A DNA stretch of 25,250 nt from Candidatus Zhuqueibacterota bacterium (GTDB lineage Bacteria > Zhuqueibacterota > Zhuqueibacteria > Oleimicrobiales > Geothermoviventaceae), in assembly GCA_034506315.1 (NCBI GenBank), contig JAPDPT010000054.1:1-25250 (forward strand), written 5' to 3'. The notes under the pieces were generated by a model. That model was not told where the DNA came from and did not search any database. It worked only from the letters and a program-made list of their open reading frames with translations. This document shows positions 1 to 9,600 of the stretch, piece by piece. Numbering within the stretch: position 1 is the stretch's first letter; each line of letters opens with the position of its first letter. Made by a program: the position numbers and the translations under genes.

Positions 1-1
1 C

Positions 2-235
2 GCCGCTTTGGGCCGGCCGGTGGTTGTGGCGTTCACCTTGGCGGACCCCAGTCGCTGGCATCCCGTCGGGCCCCTGACCCTTGTCCTTGACCTCAGGCCG
101 CAAGCGGAGGCAAGGGCACAAGTTTTCCACTACCTCGAGAAAAAGGGTTCCGAGATCCCCGCCGAGCTGAAGCCGGTGATCGAGGAGCTTTCCGATGCCC
201 CCGACGAGGCTGGCCCACCCGGCCTTAGGTGCTGA
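2..235 (+). CDS. 3' end of an upstream gene truncated by the window edge (C-terminal ~77 aa, product unidentified)
   Basis: Frame 2 is open from base 2 to TGA at 233-235 (ORF track 8..235 is the same frame). G/C at codon position 3 is ~75%, like the confident genes here. No recognisable motif. Confidence 0.3.
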   Translation, partial: AALGRPVVVAFTLADPSRWHPVGPLTLVLDLRPQAEARAQVFHYLEKKGSEIPAELKPVIEELSDAPDEAGPPGLRC

Positions 236-520
236 AGGCGTCCGTCAAGGCAGAAAGGTGGCGTTCCGGAGCTGATCCTGCGGCTCGCCCGTCCCCCCTC
301 AAGGCTGCATTTCTCTTTGAGACTTGCTTGGTCGGTAGACGCCGTCCCGTACCTTTACGGAAGGCAGCCTCCTGTGCGCAAGCCGCCGTCCCCGCGTTGA
401 GGGAAGGCCGTTACCCGTTTCCCAGCTTTCTCAGGCTCCACAAACAGCCAATTGCCTCCTCGCTTCCCGCGCGGTCCGGGCGCTGCAAGGGCGCAGGGGA
501 TTCGCGTTTCTGCAGCGCAG

Positions 521-2902
521 TCATTCCTCCTCGGCCTCTTCCGAGCCCATCTCCTCCGCCACGCGCCGCAATTCGCGGGCCTGCGAGTAGAACTCGGGGA
601 GTGTCATCCGCTTCAGGAACACAAGCCCCCTCGTGGCGCGGATCAGGGGGCTCGGGTGTTCGTAGAAGAAGCTGCGCCCCAGGCAAGTCTTGATCGTCTG
701 GTACTGCTCGGCCTGGATCTGCTGGGCCAGACCCGAGAAGGGGCCATCGTACTCGTAGCTCGGGAAACTGGCGTCCTTCTGGGACACGTACGCGTTGAGG
801 AAGGCGTTCTGGAGCACCGCGAACATGTTCAGTGACACCGGCACAAAGAGATTGGCCTCGGCTGGATGGAATCGGTACCAGACGTTCCGGTAGCCGATTA
901 CCTCGATATCCGAACGACCCGTTTCCTTCTCGTAGCGACGTAGGGCCTCGGCGATGGCCTGAAGCACTTTGTAGTGCGTGTCGGGGCCACTCGCCTCGGG
1001 ATCGAGCGCCACCGTCACCACGTCCGGTTTGACGCGGCGGAGGAGGCGAAGAATGGGCTGGACGTCTCTCTCGACGGTCGGCTCCTCTGTGAAGATATCG
1101 CCCGTGTAAAAGCCCAGCCGCAGGTGCACCACGGAGCTGCTGTCGAAGCCGAAATAGCCCCAGAGGCAGTCGCCCTCCCATTCGCGGATCATTCCCTTGA
1201 GCTGCTGAATGTACGGCAGGTCCTTCTTGCCGGGATACTGAGTCTCGAAGTAGCTAATGAGCTCGTTGATCCGGTGCTTGAGGTTGTCGATGTCCTCCTC
1301 CTCAAAGATTTCCATCAGGTTGCGGAGCAGGCGCCGGGCCTCGCCCTCGTCTTTCACGATCTGCCGGTCCGAAGCAACGCCGTCCAGGTACTGCCACACG
1401 TCGCGGTTCCGTCCTTGGCGGTTGCGCGGATCGAAGTACCCCTCCTGGAGAAGGGGCTCGAAAGTCTTCCTCCGCAGGAAATACTTGAGCTTCTGCAGGA
1501 GGGACAGAGCGTAGCGATTGGTGACCGCCGTGAATCCGGAGGTCATGTAGGCGAAGGTGTGGCGATTGGAGGCATCGCGAATGTGGCGTACGGCGAAGGG
1601 CAGGTAGCCAAGCATGATGTCGTCGTGATGCGGAGCCGTGTGGAGGAAAACCGTGTTCGACCGGACCCGTGCACCCTCCTCCAACTTAGTCCGAAGGCGT
1701 TCGTGTACGGTCTGAGTAAGCCCCTCAAGATTGCCGCCCGTCTTGCTGAGGAGCGCTGTGCCGAAGGGGTCGCTCCGAAAGTGTTCTTCCCGCAGACCCA
1801 ACACCGGTGTCCGGTTCCTTACCGCGAGGTCAATCACGATCTTGTCGATCCACCATTGCGGCAGTTGCTCAGTGATCCGGATCTCGTGAAGCTGTCGCTC
1901 CTTGAGGAGCTTGGCGGCACCTCGTGTCACGTAAAAACGGGCGTTCGGAAGTTTGTGCAAGGCGGTTGCCGGGTAGCGGATGTGCGGCTCTTCCTCGACC
2001 GCGTCCCGCACCACATTCGCTTTGGCCTCGCCTGCCGCCAGGATGATGGCCGTGCAGTTGGGGTTCTGGGTGATGGTCGCTAATCCGATCGTGATCACCA
2101 GGCGTTTCTTTGCGACCTCGATCCCACCCAGGTCGGTCGCAGCGGCTGCCTGCGTCTCGTAGTTGGTCGTTGTTAGGCGGGTCGTGGAGTTGTGGTCGGA
2201 GCCGCGCACATTAAACGCGATGTGGCCGTCCGGACCGATTCCGCCCAGAAAAAACCCGATGCCGCCCAGGGCACGGATCTTCTCTTCGTATTCCTGGCAC
2301 CACTGATCAACGGCTTCGAGCACCTGCTTTTGGAGACGTTCCAGCGCCGTCTTCGGGTGACGGAAGCGAAGGCTGAGGTCGACCTCTGCGCCGGGCCACA
2401 CATCTTCGAGGTCATAGCCAGGCGGTAGGCCAATCTGCGAACAATCAATCAGAAGGGCCTTGTGGGGATCCAAGCGGAATCTCGAGATGTAGAAGCGATT
2501 CACGTAGTAGTAGAAGCTGTTGTGCTGCGCGGGGTCAATGGGGTAGAACTCATCGATCTGGACGAAATGGAGGCTTTTCATATCGGGGCGGATGGACGGG
2601 TCAATGCCGTGCTGTTCCAGTTCCGCTTGCGTCTCGACTCGATCCCAAGTGTCCAGATAATGCGAGACGTACTTGATGAAGTACTCGGGCGTCTTGCCGG
2701 TGGGGAGCGAAACGACCCCGCCCGGGTTTGCTTGGACCCACTCGAGAAAGCGCAGGGCAGCCAGCTTCCCCAGCAGCGGGAAGTTATCGACTACAATGAC
2801 CCCCATCTTCTCGGTAGGGGGGTACCGGAGTTTCTGCCCACTGCGCTGCAGAAAGATTTCCTCCACGCGGGAGGGGACAGGTTCCGAGCTTTTGTTCGAC
2901 AT
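521..2902 (-). CDS. nagB: Glucosamine-6-phosphate deaminase (NagB-like) fused to a C-terminal PIG-L/LmbE-family N-acetylglucosaminyl deacetylase domain (793 aa)
   Basis: The N-terminal part carries NagB hallmarks (SLPTGKTPEYF, FLGGIGPDGHIAFNVRGS...TTRLTTTN, ITIGLATI...ILAAGEAKA). The C-terminal part carries PIG-L motifs (FLHTAPHHDDIMLGY and a later DPEASGPDTHYKV His/Asp motif). I moved the start to ATG 2902 (MSNKSSEP...), which has GGAG upstream; the ORF-track start at 2980 adds 26 poorly supported residues. Stop is at 521-523. Confidence 0.85.
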   Translation of the reverse strand: MSNKSSEPVPSRVEEIFLQRSGQKLRYPPTEKMGVIVVDNFPLLGKLAALRFLEWVQANPGGVVSLPTGKTPEYFIKYVSHYLDTWDRVETQAELEQHGIDPSIRPDMKSLHFVQIDEFYPIDPAQHNSFYYYVNRFYISRFRLDPHKALLIDCSQIGLPPGYDLEDVWPGAEVDLSLRFRHPKTALERLQKQVLEAVDQWCQEYEEKIRALGGIGFFLGGIGPDGHIAFNVRGSDHNSTTRLTTTNYETQAAAATDLGGIEVAKKRLVITIGLATITQNPNCTAIILAAGEAKANVVRDAVEEEPHIRYPATALHKLPNARFYVTRGAAKLLKERQLHEIRITEQLPQWWIDKIVIDLAVRNRTPVLGLREEHFRSDPFGTALLSKTGGNLEGLTQTVHERLRTKLEEGARVRSNTVFLHTAPHHDDIMLGYLPFAVRHIRDASNRHTFAYMTSGFTAVTNRYALSLLQKLKYFLRRKTFEPLLQEGYFDPRNRQGRNRDVWQYLDGVASDRQIVKDEGEARRLLRNLMEIFEEEDIDNLKHRINELISYFETQYPGKKDLPYIQQLKGMIREWEGDCLWGYFGFDSSSVVHLRLGFYTGDIFTEEPTVERDVQPILRLLRRVKPDVVTVALDPEASGPDTHYKVLQAIAEALRRYEKETGRSDIEVIGYRNVWYRFHPAEANLFVPVSLNMFAVLQNAFLNAYVSQKDASFPSYEYDGPFSGLAQQIQAEQYQTIKTCLGRSFFYEHPSPLIRATRGLVFLKRMTLPEFYSQARELRRVAEEMGSEEAEEE

Positions 2903-3146
2903 CGCCTTTTCTGCTCCGCTTTTGGCTGCTCGCTTCCTGCCATGCGATCCCGGCCCTGCAGGCCGACCAACCCAGTTCACGGGCTAATCCTCCTTAACCG
3001 TTTCAATATAGCGGACCCGCGCAAAATCCCAAGAAGGACGTGGCCCGGGTGCCGACGTAACTCCGGAAAAGGGCATCGCGTCGTGTGACTGGGCCGCGGG
3101 TTGCCCCTTCGGCCGGAGCTCGAAGACCTGGATGGGTCGAGGGGTC

Positions 3147-5192
3147 TCACGGCCCTTCGTACCAGCCAGGTAGAGATACCGTCGCCTGATAGTTCGAGTA
3201 GTTGTACAGAGGATTCCTTACCGGTCGGTACAGCCTTCCGGACCGGGGGTTATCGTCCTGCGTGTACACCCAGAGATCGTAGGGATCCCAGACGACGATT
3301 TCGTCTCGGCAATCGCCAGTGATGTCCAGCACGGCATTACACATCTCAGGGTGACCGTCGTCCGGAAAAACGACCACCCTGCGTCCCCAGCCGTCGAACA
3401 TCCCTCCGTGCTCCGTACTCGCCGAGAGCAAGAAGTACTCCTCGCCGTCGCCTTTCCAATTTACAGGCAGGCACATGCTTCCGTGTTGAACCGGCTCGAA
3501 CTCGCAATACACATTTCCGTTTGCGTCGTAGAGATGTACGATGCCCTGATTGCCCCAGAAGTTGATGCTCACGGTTTCCAGCCCCGGAAGATCCGGTCGG
3601 AAGTTAGCGACGGCCGGGTTCTGCACATGGCCCAGCCGATGGTGCCTCAGGATTTGGCCGTCGAGGCTGAGGAACAGCATCCCTTCGTCGCTGGCGGCAT
3701 TGAGAACGACAGGACTCAAGTCCTCTCGGAGGCGCACAATGGCCACGCCATCGGCATGGTCGTGCAAGATCGGATCGAGGATCCACATCACCGAGCCGTC
3801 GTGGTCCAACAGGCTATATCCGATGGCGACTTCGTCCCGGCCGTCATTGTCAATGTCCGCAGCATAGGGGTAATGTCCGGTATTGCACGCGTGGTGCCAA
3901 AGAACCTCCAGGCGATCGTTCAGTGCCCAGACGTTCCAGTATCGGTCCTTGATCAGAATGTCTCTCGGGTGCCCCGTGCCGCGCAGATCACAGAAGAAGA
4001 GACAGTCTCCGAGGATGCGCGGGAAACGTGCTCCTGGATCTGGAGAGAGTGGTGTTGGGGCGCGCAGCTTTGGGCGCCCGGTCCTACCATCCGCCACCAC
4101 GATCTCCGAGTTCATGCAGTAGACGACCTCGTTCTGTCCATCCGCATCGAGGTCGTGGATCTGGAACGCGACGTCGTTGGTCAGGTGATCCTTCCAGGGA
4201 TCGGGTTCGCCAATCTGCCACAAGATGCGGCCGTCAAAGGTCATAGCCGTCAAGCAGCTCAGCTCGCTGTAGCGGTCCTTCGGTCCGTGGTGGACGACCT
4301 GTCCGATGAGCAAATCCGTTTGCCCGTCACCGTCGAGATCGCCGAAGCGGAGATTTCTCCCCACGCCCAGGCCGTCGATCTGCAGTTTGCGCCACACAAT
4401 GGGGCGCGGGTTGACGGCCCGGAGGCGTTGTTCCTGGCGCAGGAGTTCGGCCCGGCGTCTGAGGTAAGCCCGTCGGGCGACGTAATTCATGGTTACCTTT
4501 ACGCGCTCATAGCGGGCGGGCACGTCGGCGAGCAGACCTACTCGACCGTGGGTGTAGGTCGTATCCTCTGCTTCCAGGGTCAGCTTCCGATTGAAGCGGG
4601 CGCGGATGCGCGAACCCTGGAGCTTGACCTCAGCCTCCAGCCGGTCTCCGGGTTTCCAATCAATGGTGCCCGAAGCGAGGATTCGTTCGGCAGGCCTGTG
4701 GAAACCGACCTCGTGCCGGACGACCTTCAGGTGCGCGATCGATCCATCCACTCCGAAGAAATAGTAACAGCGATCATTCTGGTAGCGGAACACAACCCCG
4801 CAGAGTCCGGTGTCCGACAACGGGCTAAAGGTGACGCGAAGGATGTAGTTCTGCCAGAGCGTGTCGCCCGAGACGAGGATGGGATGGGTATAGGTCCGGT
4901 GATTCGTGTGGGTCTGGACCAGCACCTTGCCCCCGCCTTCCTTGCCGATAACGCGCCAGGCCCTCTGAGAAGCGGTCTCTGGGGTAAATGTCGAGACTTC
5001 CCATCCGTGAACGGGGGCCGCCTCGCGGAAATAATGGTACTCGAGGTGCGCGCCAAGCGGGGGCAGTAGCGGACCACTTGGAAACTCCGCAAAATCTTCG
5101 TCGATCAGCACTTCTTGTCGTGTCGGCGCGCACGCAGTGAGAGCCAGAATGGTGAAGAGCAAGATTCCTTGTCCTTGGCCCCTTCGGAACAT
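3147..5192 (-). CDS. Secreted lipoprotein with FG-GAP/VCBS-like beta-propeller repeats and an N-terminal beta-sandwich region (681 aa); possible glycan-active or adhesion protein
   Basis: I placed the start at ATG 5192, which has GGGAGG 7 nt upstream. This gives MFRRGQGQGILLFTILALTAC, a signal peptide with an LTAC lipobox. There are at least five repeats of the DxDxDG-x-D/E-hydrophobic-G type (FGDLDGDGQTDLLIG, HDLDADGQNEVVY, DIDNDGRDEVAIG, DITGDCRDEIVVWD, CDLRGTGHPRDILI), typical of FG-GAP propellers. The ORF-track start at 5393 would add 67 residues ahead of the signal peptide. Confidence 0.7.
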   Translation of the reverse strand: MFRRGQGQGILLFTILALTACAPTRQEVLIDEDFAEFPSGPLLPPLGAHLEYHYFREAAPVHGWEVSTFTPETASQRAWRVIGKEGGGKVLVQTHTNHRTYTHPILVSGDTLWQNYILRVTFSPLSDTGLCGVVFRYQNDRCYYFFGVDGSIAHLKVVRHEVGFHRPAERILASGTIDWKPGDRLEAEVKLQGSRIRARFNRKLTLEAEDTTYTHGRVGLLADVPARYERVKVTMNYVARRAYLRRRAELLRQEQRLRAVNPRPIVWRKLQIDGLGVGRNLRFGDLDGDGQTDLLIGQVVHHGPKDRYSELSCLTAMTFDGRILWQIGEPDPWKDHLTNDVAFQIHDLDADGQNEVVYCMNSEIVVADGRTGRPKLRAPTPLSPDPGARFPRILGDCLFFCDLRGTGHPRDILIKDRYWNVWALNDRLEVLWHHACNTGHYPYAADIDNDGRDEVAIGYSLLDHDGSVMWILDPILHDHADGVAIVRLREDLSPVVLNAASDEGMLFLSLDGQILRHHRLGHVQNPAVANFRPDLPGLETVSINFWGNQGIVHLYDANGNVYCEFEPVQHGSMCLPVNWKGDGEEYFLLSASTEHGGMFDGWGRRVVVFPDDGHPEMCNAVLDITGDCRDEIVVWDPYDLWVYTQDDNPRSGRLYRPVRNPLYNYSNYQATVSLPGWYEGP

Positions 5193-5425
5193 GGATGCCT
5201 CCCCTTCGTGCCCGATGATCCCGCTGCGCGAGCGAAATTGCAGAGCCCCCGCCAATTCCCAAAGCGAATTTTCCCGTAAGGGGAAGTTCCCATTTCCATG
5301 GCCGAGGCCTTTCAGTGCTGTTTCGGGGGATAGCGGTACGCGCAGCAGTGGGGCAGGTCCTTGAAGACCCCGTTGCCTACGACCTGGGATCACGGAGCGG
5401 GGGTAGGAGCAAGCGGGAAAACGGC

Positions 5426-5454
5426 TTGCTTTCTTCAGGGATGGTGTCTAAATT
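5426..5454 (+). promoter_or_regulatory. Candidate sigma70-type promoter (TTGCTT-17 nt-TAAATT) that would drive the SPFH gene and the giant downstream ORF with a ~185-nt leader
   Basis: -35 TTGCTT at 5426-5431, a 17-nt spacer, and -10 TAAATT at 5449-5454. It is the only good hexamer pair I could find in the 454-bp divergent intergenic region. The same TTGACT-17-TATATT geometry occurs at the rib promoter in this window. Confidence 0.35.
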
Positions 5455-5646
5455 CGGCGCGATTCTTGAACACGTGCCCGAAGCCCCGGCTGGGAAAGTA
5501 TAGAACATGACCGTCAGGCAGCGAGAGTTTTCCCTCACGGTGCGCCTCCCCCAAGGGAGCCAACCTAAGTCTACGCACGCCGCCATAAGGTAATTTCCCG
5601 ACTCACAACGTCGAGCAATTGCAATCTGGCATGAGGTGGAGGAGAA

Positions 5647-6636
5647 ATGATGTGGTGGTCTATCATTGCCATACTTGCCGCGGTCGGGGTCGGATTCGCA
5701 GCCCTGGAGCTGCGTTTTCGTCGCCCCGATCAGCTGGTTCTCTACGACGCACATGGGGAGGTGCGTGCGCGGACGGGCCGGTTCTACCCCCGCCACCTCA
5801 GCCTCTGCTTGCCGTACCGGGTCCAAACCATCGTCACGGAGGTGGAGGCCGAGGCCAAGGGCCGGTTGGGCCTCCGCGTTCAGGTGACAGCCACGGCCGG
5901 ACCTGACCCAAAGAACCTCGCACAACTCGTGCGGGTTGGTGGGTGGAGCCGCGAAGCCGTCGAGCGTGCCTGCAAGGAGTTGGAGCTCGTCATGCACTCG
6001 CTGGTTCGCTCCTACACCGAACAGAAAGCGCTCGAAGAGATCCGTACAGATGAAATGATGCAGTGGCTGCGCTCGGGTCTGGAGCAGGAGGCCCCCAAGT
6101 TGGGCCTGGAGATCGTATCGGCCAGTGTGCAGTCCATTGAGCCTCGGGATCGGGAAATTGCCGAAGTGATCCAGCAACGAGAGGCTGCTCGAATCCGCAA
6201 GCAGACCGAGATTGTGAATCAGCAAGCCCGGGTGGCGGCCATGCAGGCCAAGCTGGAAGCAGACGAGCGAATCGCCCGGTCAGAGCACGAGCTGCAGCTC
6301 GTCAAGCTGGCGCTGCGAAAGGAGGAGGAGCTTCGAGAGGCGGAGCTGGCGCGCTTCCGGCTCGAGCAAGATCTCGAACAGCGACGGGCGCAGCTGGCCC
6401 TTGACCAGCAGGAAATCGAGCTCCTCGCCCGTAACCCTGAAGTGCTCCTCTTGACCCCCCAGCTGGCGCGTCTGGCCGAGGCCAGCCAGGGACTACGGAA
6501 TGCCCGGACCATTGTTTCGCTTTCGCCGAACAGCCTGCCAGAGGATTCGCCCCTGGCAAAGAACGTCGTCCGCCTCCTGGAGCGCCTCCTGAGCCGTGCG
6601 GCGGCCAGCGGCGGTCAGGAATCCCAGCAGACGTGA
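5647..6636 (+). CDS. SPFH/band-7 family membrane protein (flotillin/prohibitin-like), 329 aa
   Basis: ATG(ATG) at 5647 is preceded by GGTGGAGGAG. There is an N-terminal TM helix (WWSIIAILAAVGVGFAALEL). The SPFH core follows, and then a long Glu/Ala/Arg/Leu-rich coiled-coil (QQREAARIRKQTE...EEELREAELARFRLEQDLEQRRAQL), which is typical of flotillin-like proteins. Confidence 0.85.
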   Translation: MMWWSIIAILAAVGVGFAALELRFRRPDQLVLYDAHGEVRARTGRFYPRHLSLCLPYRVQTIVTEVEAEAKGRLGLRVQVTATAGPDPKNLAQLVRVGGWSREAVERACKELELVMHSLVRSYTEQKALEEIRTDEMMQWLRSGLEQEAPKLGLEIVSASVQSIEPRDREIAEVIQQREAARIRKQTEIVNQQARVAAMQAKLEADERIARSEHELQLVKLALRKEEELREAELARFRLEQDLEQRRAQLALDQQEIELLARNPEVLLLTPQLARLAEASQGLRNARTIVSLSPNSLPEDSPLAKNVVRLLERLLSRAAASGGQESQQT

Positions 6637-6667
6637 GAACCCCGGGCAGTGAGGGGATTGCGGAAAG

Positions 6668-9600
6668 GTGCGCGCGGTGCAGGACCCATTCCGACTCAAG
6701 CCCGTAGAGACTGCCGAGGTCTCCGAGATCAGCGAGCTCACGGCGAGCGCTCAGGTGCGCCGTGAGGACCGCGTCAACTTCCACATCGGGAACCCTGTGC
6801 AGGACCCCCGCCTCTTGTCGATGTACCAGAGGTTAATCCTCGGACTTGCACCCGATAACGGCGCGACGGATCCCAGGGAGTGGATTGAGGAACACGTGGA
6901 AAGCCGGCACCAGGCGGAGCGAGTCCACTGGTTCTTGGGCCTGGTCGAAAAAAGCGTCGCCTACCTGCCGCGCGGTGGGTTCGGACGCAGGGATCCCGGC
7001 TCAGTGGCGCGCAAGGTCCACGCCCTCTTTACGTCCGAAGCGGAGGAGCCGCTGGACTACGACCTCGGCGACAAATCGGGAAAGCGAGAGATCACTTTTG
7101 TCAGTGGGGGAAAGCGGGAAGCCGTCCGGCTGCTTCATTATGCCCTCTCTCGTCAGCTCGAGGTGGCTTCCTTTGCCACGCTGCTCTTCGGCTTCCCCCT
7201 CCCACAAATCCTGCGAGCGTCAGCCCGCGGAGACATAATTCCGTTGCCCGATCAGGAGGGGGATGTCTTACGACTTCTTCGTGAGCGACTCCGCTCGTTT
7301 CCGGACCAACCCCATTTTCTCCTCCTGGGTAGGGTCCCGACGGAAGGCCTGCGGCGAGCCATCCGCAGAGCCTGCCTGGAAGGATCCCTCTTTGTAGTGG
7401 AAGCCAACGGGGCTGCCAATCACCTCTCCCTCGCTCGCGAGGCGGGACTGGCTAATCGTGTGCTCCGCATCCTGGACGCGGCGGATCTGCGCGCAGACCT
7501 GCAGGGACTTGCGGTGGCCGTGGTGCTGGGGCGCGCCGACTACATTGACGCCATCGAAAAAGCCCATTTCGAGCTCAAGGGCACACCCGCGGCTCCGGAG
7601 CTCGAGTTTCTTGGCTACCTGCTGAACCAACCCCTCGACACCAGCGCTTCGGCAACACCCGTGGATGGCTTCGATCTCTCTGCCGCCGTGCCCGAAGGTC
7701 CCCGCTCTTCGTACGAAGGGTTGCGGGGTACAATGGCCCGTGTCCCTTCTGCGGCCACCAGGGTGGCACGACACGTAGAGGAAGTGATCGAGAGACTGCC
7801 AGCCTCCTGTACCTCCGCGCTGCGCGCCAGGCACTGGACCGTGCGGGCCCCCGTAGCCATAGGTGAGCTCCACGTGTCGTTTCCCTCCGCAAGTGTGACG
7901 GACGCCTTCCCCGCGCTGCAACCGACGGAGATTATCGAGCAGCTCTTTACGCGCTACGCCGATCCCTTATGGCGCGCCCAGGTCGTCGAATCGTTCCTGA
8001 GCGCCTTTCTTCAACTCCACCCCGAATATGAACCGGAGGCATGCGCCGTTGTGGGCGGATCGGCGCGGACGGCTCTCGCCCTGCTGGGTCGCTACTGCGG
8101 CCTTGAGGAGGCCATCGTTCCCGACCTGAGCTGGACCTATCATCACTGCTTTCCGCGGGTGACGGCAGTCCCCCTGACCGCCGATTTCCAGCTGGACGTG
8201 GAGGGCATTCTGCGGGAGGTAGATGGGCGACTGGAAGCCGATCGTTCCTGGGCGGAACGCGGGGCGGTGGTGATCAACTCGCCGCACAACGCCTCGGGGC
8301 AAATCTTCCATCAGGGTGACCTTGTCCGCCTGCTCCGTGAACTGCTGGGTCGGGGGGTATGGGTTGTGGACGATCTATCGTACAAGGGGGTGGCGCCTCA
8401 GCCAGGCTTTGTGCGGACCTACTCGTTGCGGGAAATCGCCACTGCGATGGTGCGGCAGGGAGAGCTCCGCCGGGAACACCTGCGCAAGCTGATCACAGTC
8501 CATTCGCTTTCCAAGACGGACTGCTTTGCCGGCGGCCGCCTGGCAGTGGTAGAAATCCTCGACCCGGCCCTCCGATCGCGATTTCGCCGTCTCCTTCAGG
8601 ACATCGCCCCGAACCTGGTTTCCTGCCTCCTGGCATATCTTTTCTACCGCAACGGTGAGAGAATACGGGCATTTTGGGAGCTGCGCAACCGGGTCCTATG
8701 GGAAAGACTGGAAGCGTTGGATCTTGCGTGCGCGGAGGTCCCCGCCGAGCGCAATCCATATAGCGCCAAGCTGGTGCGACCCACCGGGTCGATGTATCCG
8801 CGATTGGAAATCGAAAGACTCCCCGAAGGTGTATCGCTGGTGCGCCTTGCGACGGGCCTGGCAGTACGGGGAATTGGGTTGGTTCCGTTGTCTGCTTTTG
8901 CGCGAACCGCCTCGGGCTGGGAACTGGCCCGCCGGTCGTTCCGGCTCACTCTGGGTGGCGACGACCCTGCGCCCGTCCTGGCCCGGAAGATCCGGCGCGT
9001 CCTGATCGATCTGAATCGGCTAATTGCCCAGGAGGCAGAAGGCTTTCGGAGAAGAACCCTGCCACGAGCGCGTGCGGAGGAGGGCCTCGGTGAGTACAGC
9101 CGCTCGTGGGCAAACCAGTGGGCGGCTCTGAAGGACGAGCTGGAAAGCCGGTCGCGACGGTGGCTGCGCGAGTTTGCGCGCCAACTTCCTGGTACCGATG
9201 AAACCGCTGAAGACGCCTTCGTAGCAGAGTACCTTCCGGAACGCCTCGCCTGGATTCGCCAGCGCCTTGTGGACCGCGCGCGACTTGCGGACGAGATTCT
9301 GTGGCTTGCGCAATCCGACCGGGACGGACTTCTGCGTGGCTTCGCTCACGAGATCCGCTTTCCCGAGCTCGACGCGCGACGCGCGCAATTCCGCTCCCGC
9401 CTCTTTGACCGCACCGTGCACCCCACCCAGATGTACGCGCTGGAGGTGGAGCGGCTCACCAATCGCCTTGTGGATGAGCTGCGAAGGAAAGGTAAGGTCA
9501 GCCAGGAGACCCTGGAGAAGCTGGCCGCCAGCCTGGCTGCCGAGCACCTCGGCCTGAATGTGGCGATTCGCTCCGCCGAGGAGTCCTGGGAGCTTGTGGT

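Noticed and set aside
236-520. Searched for an intrinsic terminator between the convergent upstream gene fragment and nagB
   Set aside because: I found only short (4-5 bp) stems such as CTGC-AGC-GCAG and CCGTA-CCTTT-TACGG. None is convincing.
974-2083. 369-aa ORF on the + strand antisense to the nagB-PIG-L gene
   Set aside because: It is a shadow ORF of the kind expected in ~65% GC DNA. It has no RBS and no recognisable motif, and it lies fully inside a gene with clear homology on the other strand.
3351-5069. 572-aa ORF on the + strand antisense to the FG-GAP lipoprotein gene
   Set aside because: It is a GC-rich shadow frame whose translation is a low-complexity Ala/Arg/Val/Gly-rich sequence with no domain signature.
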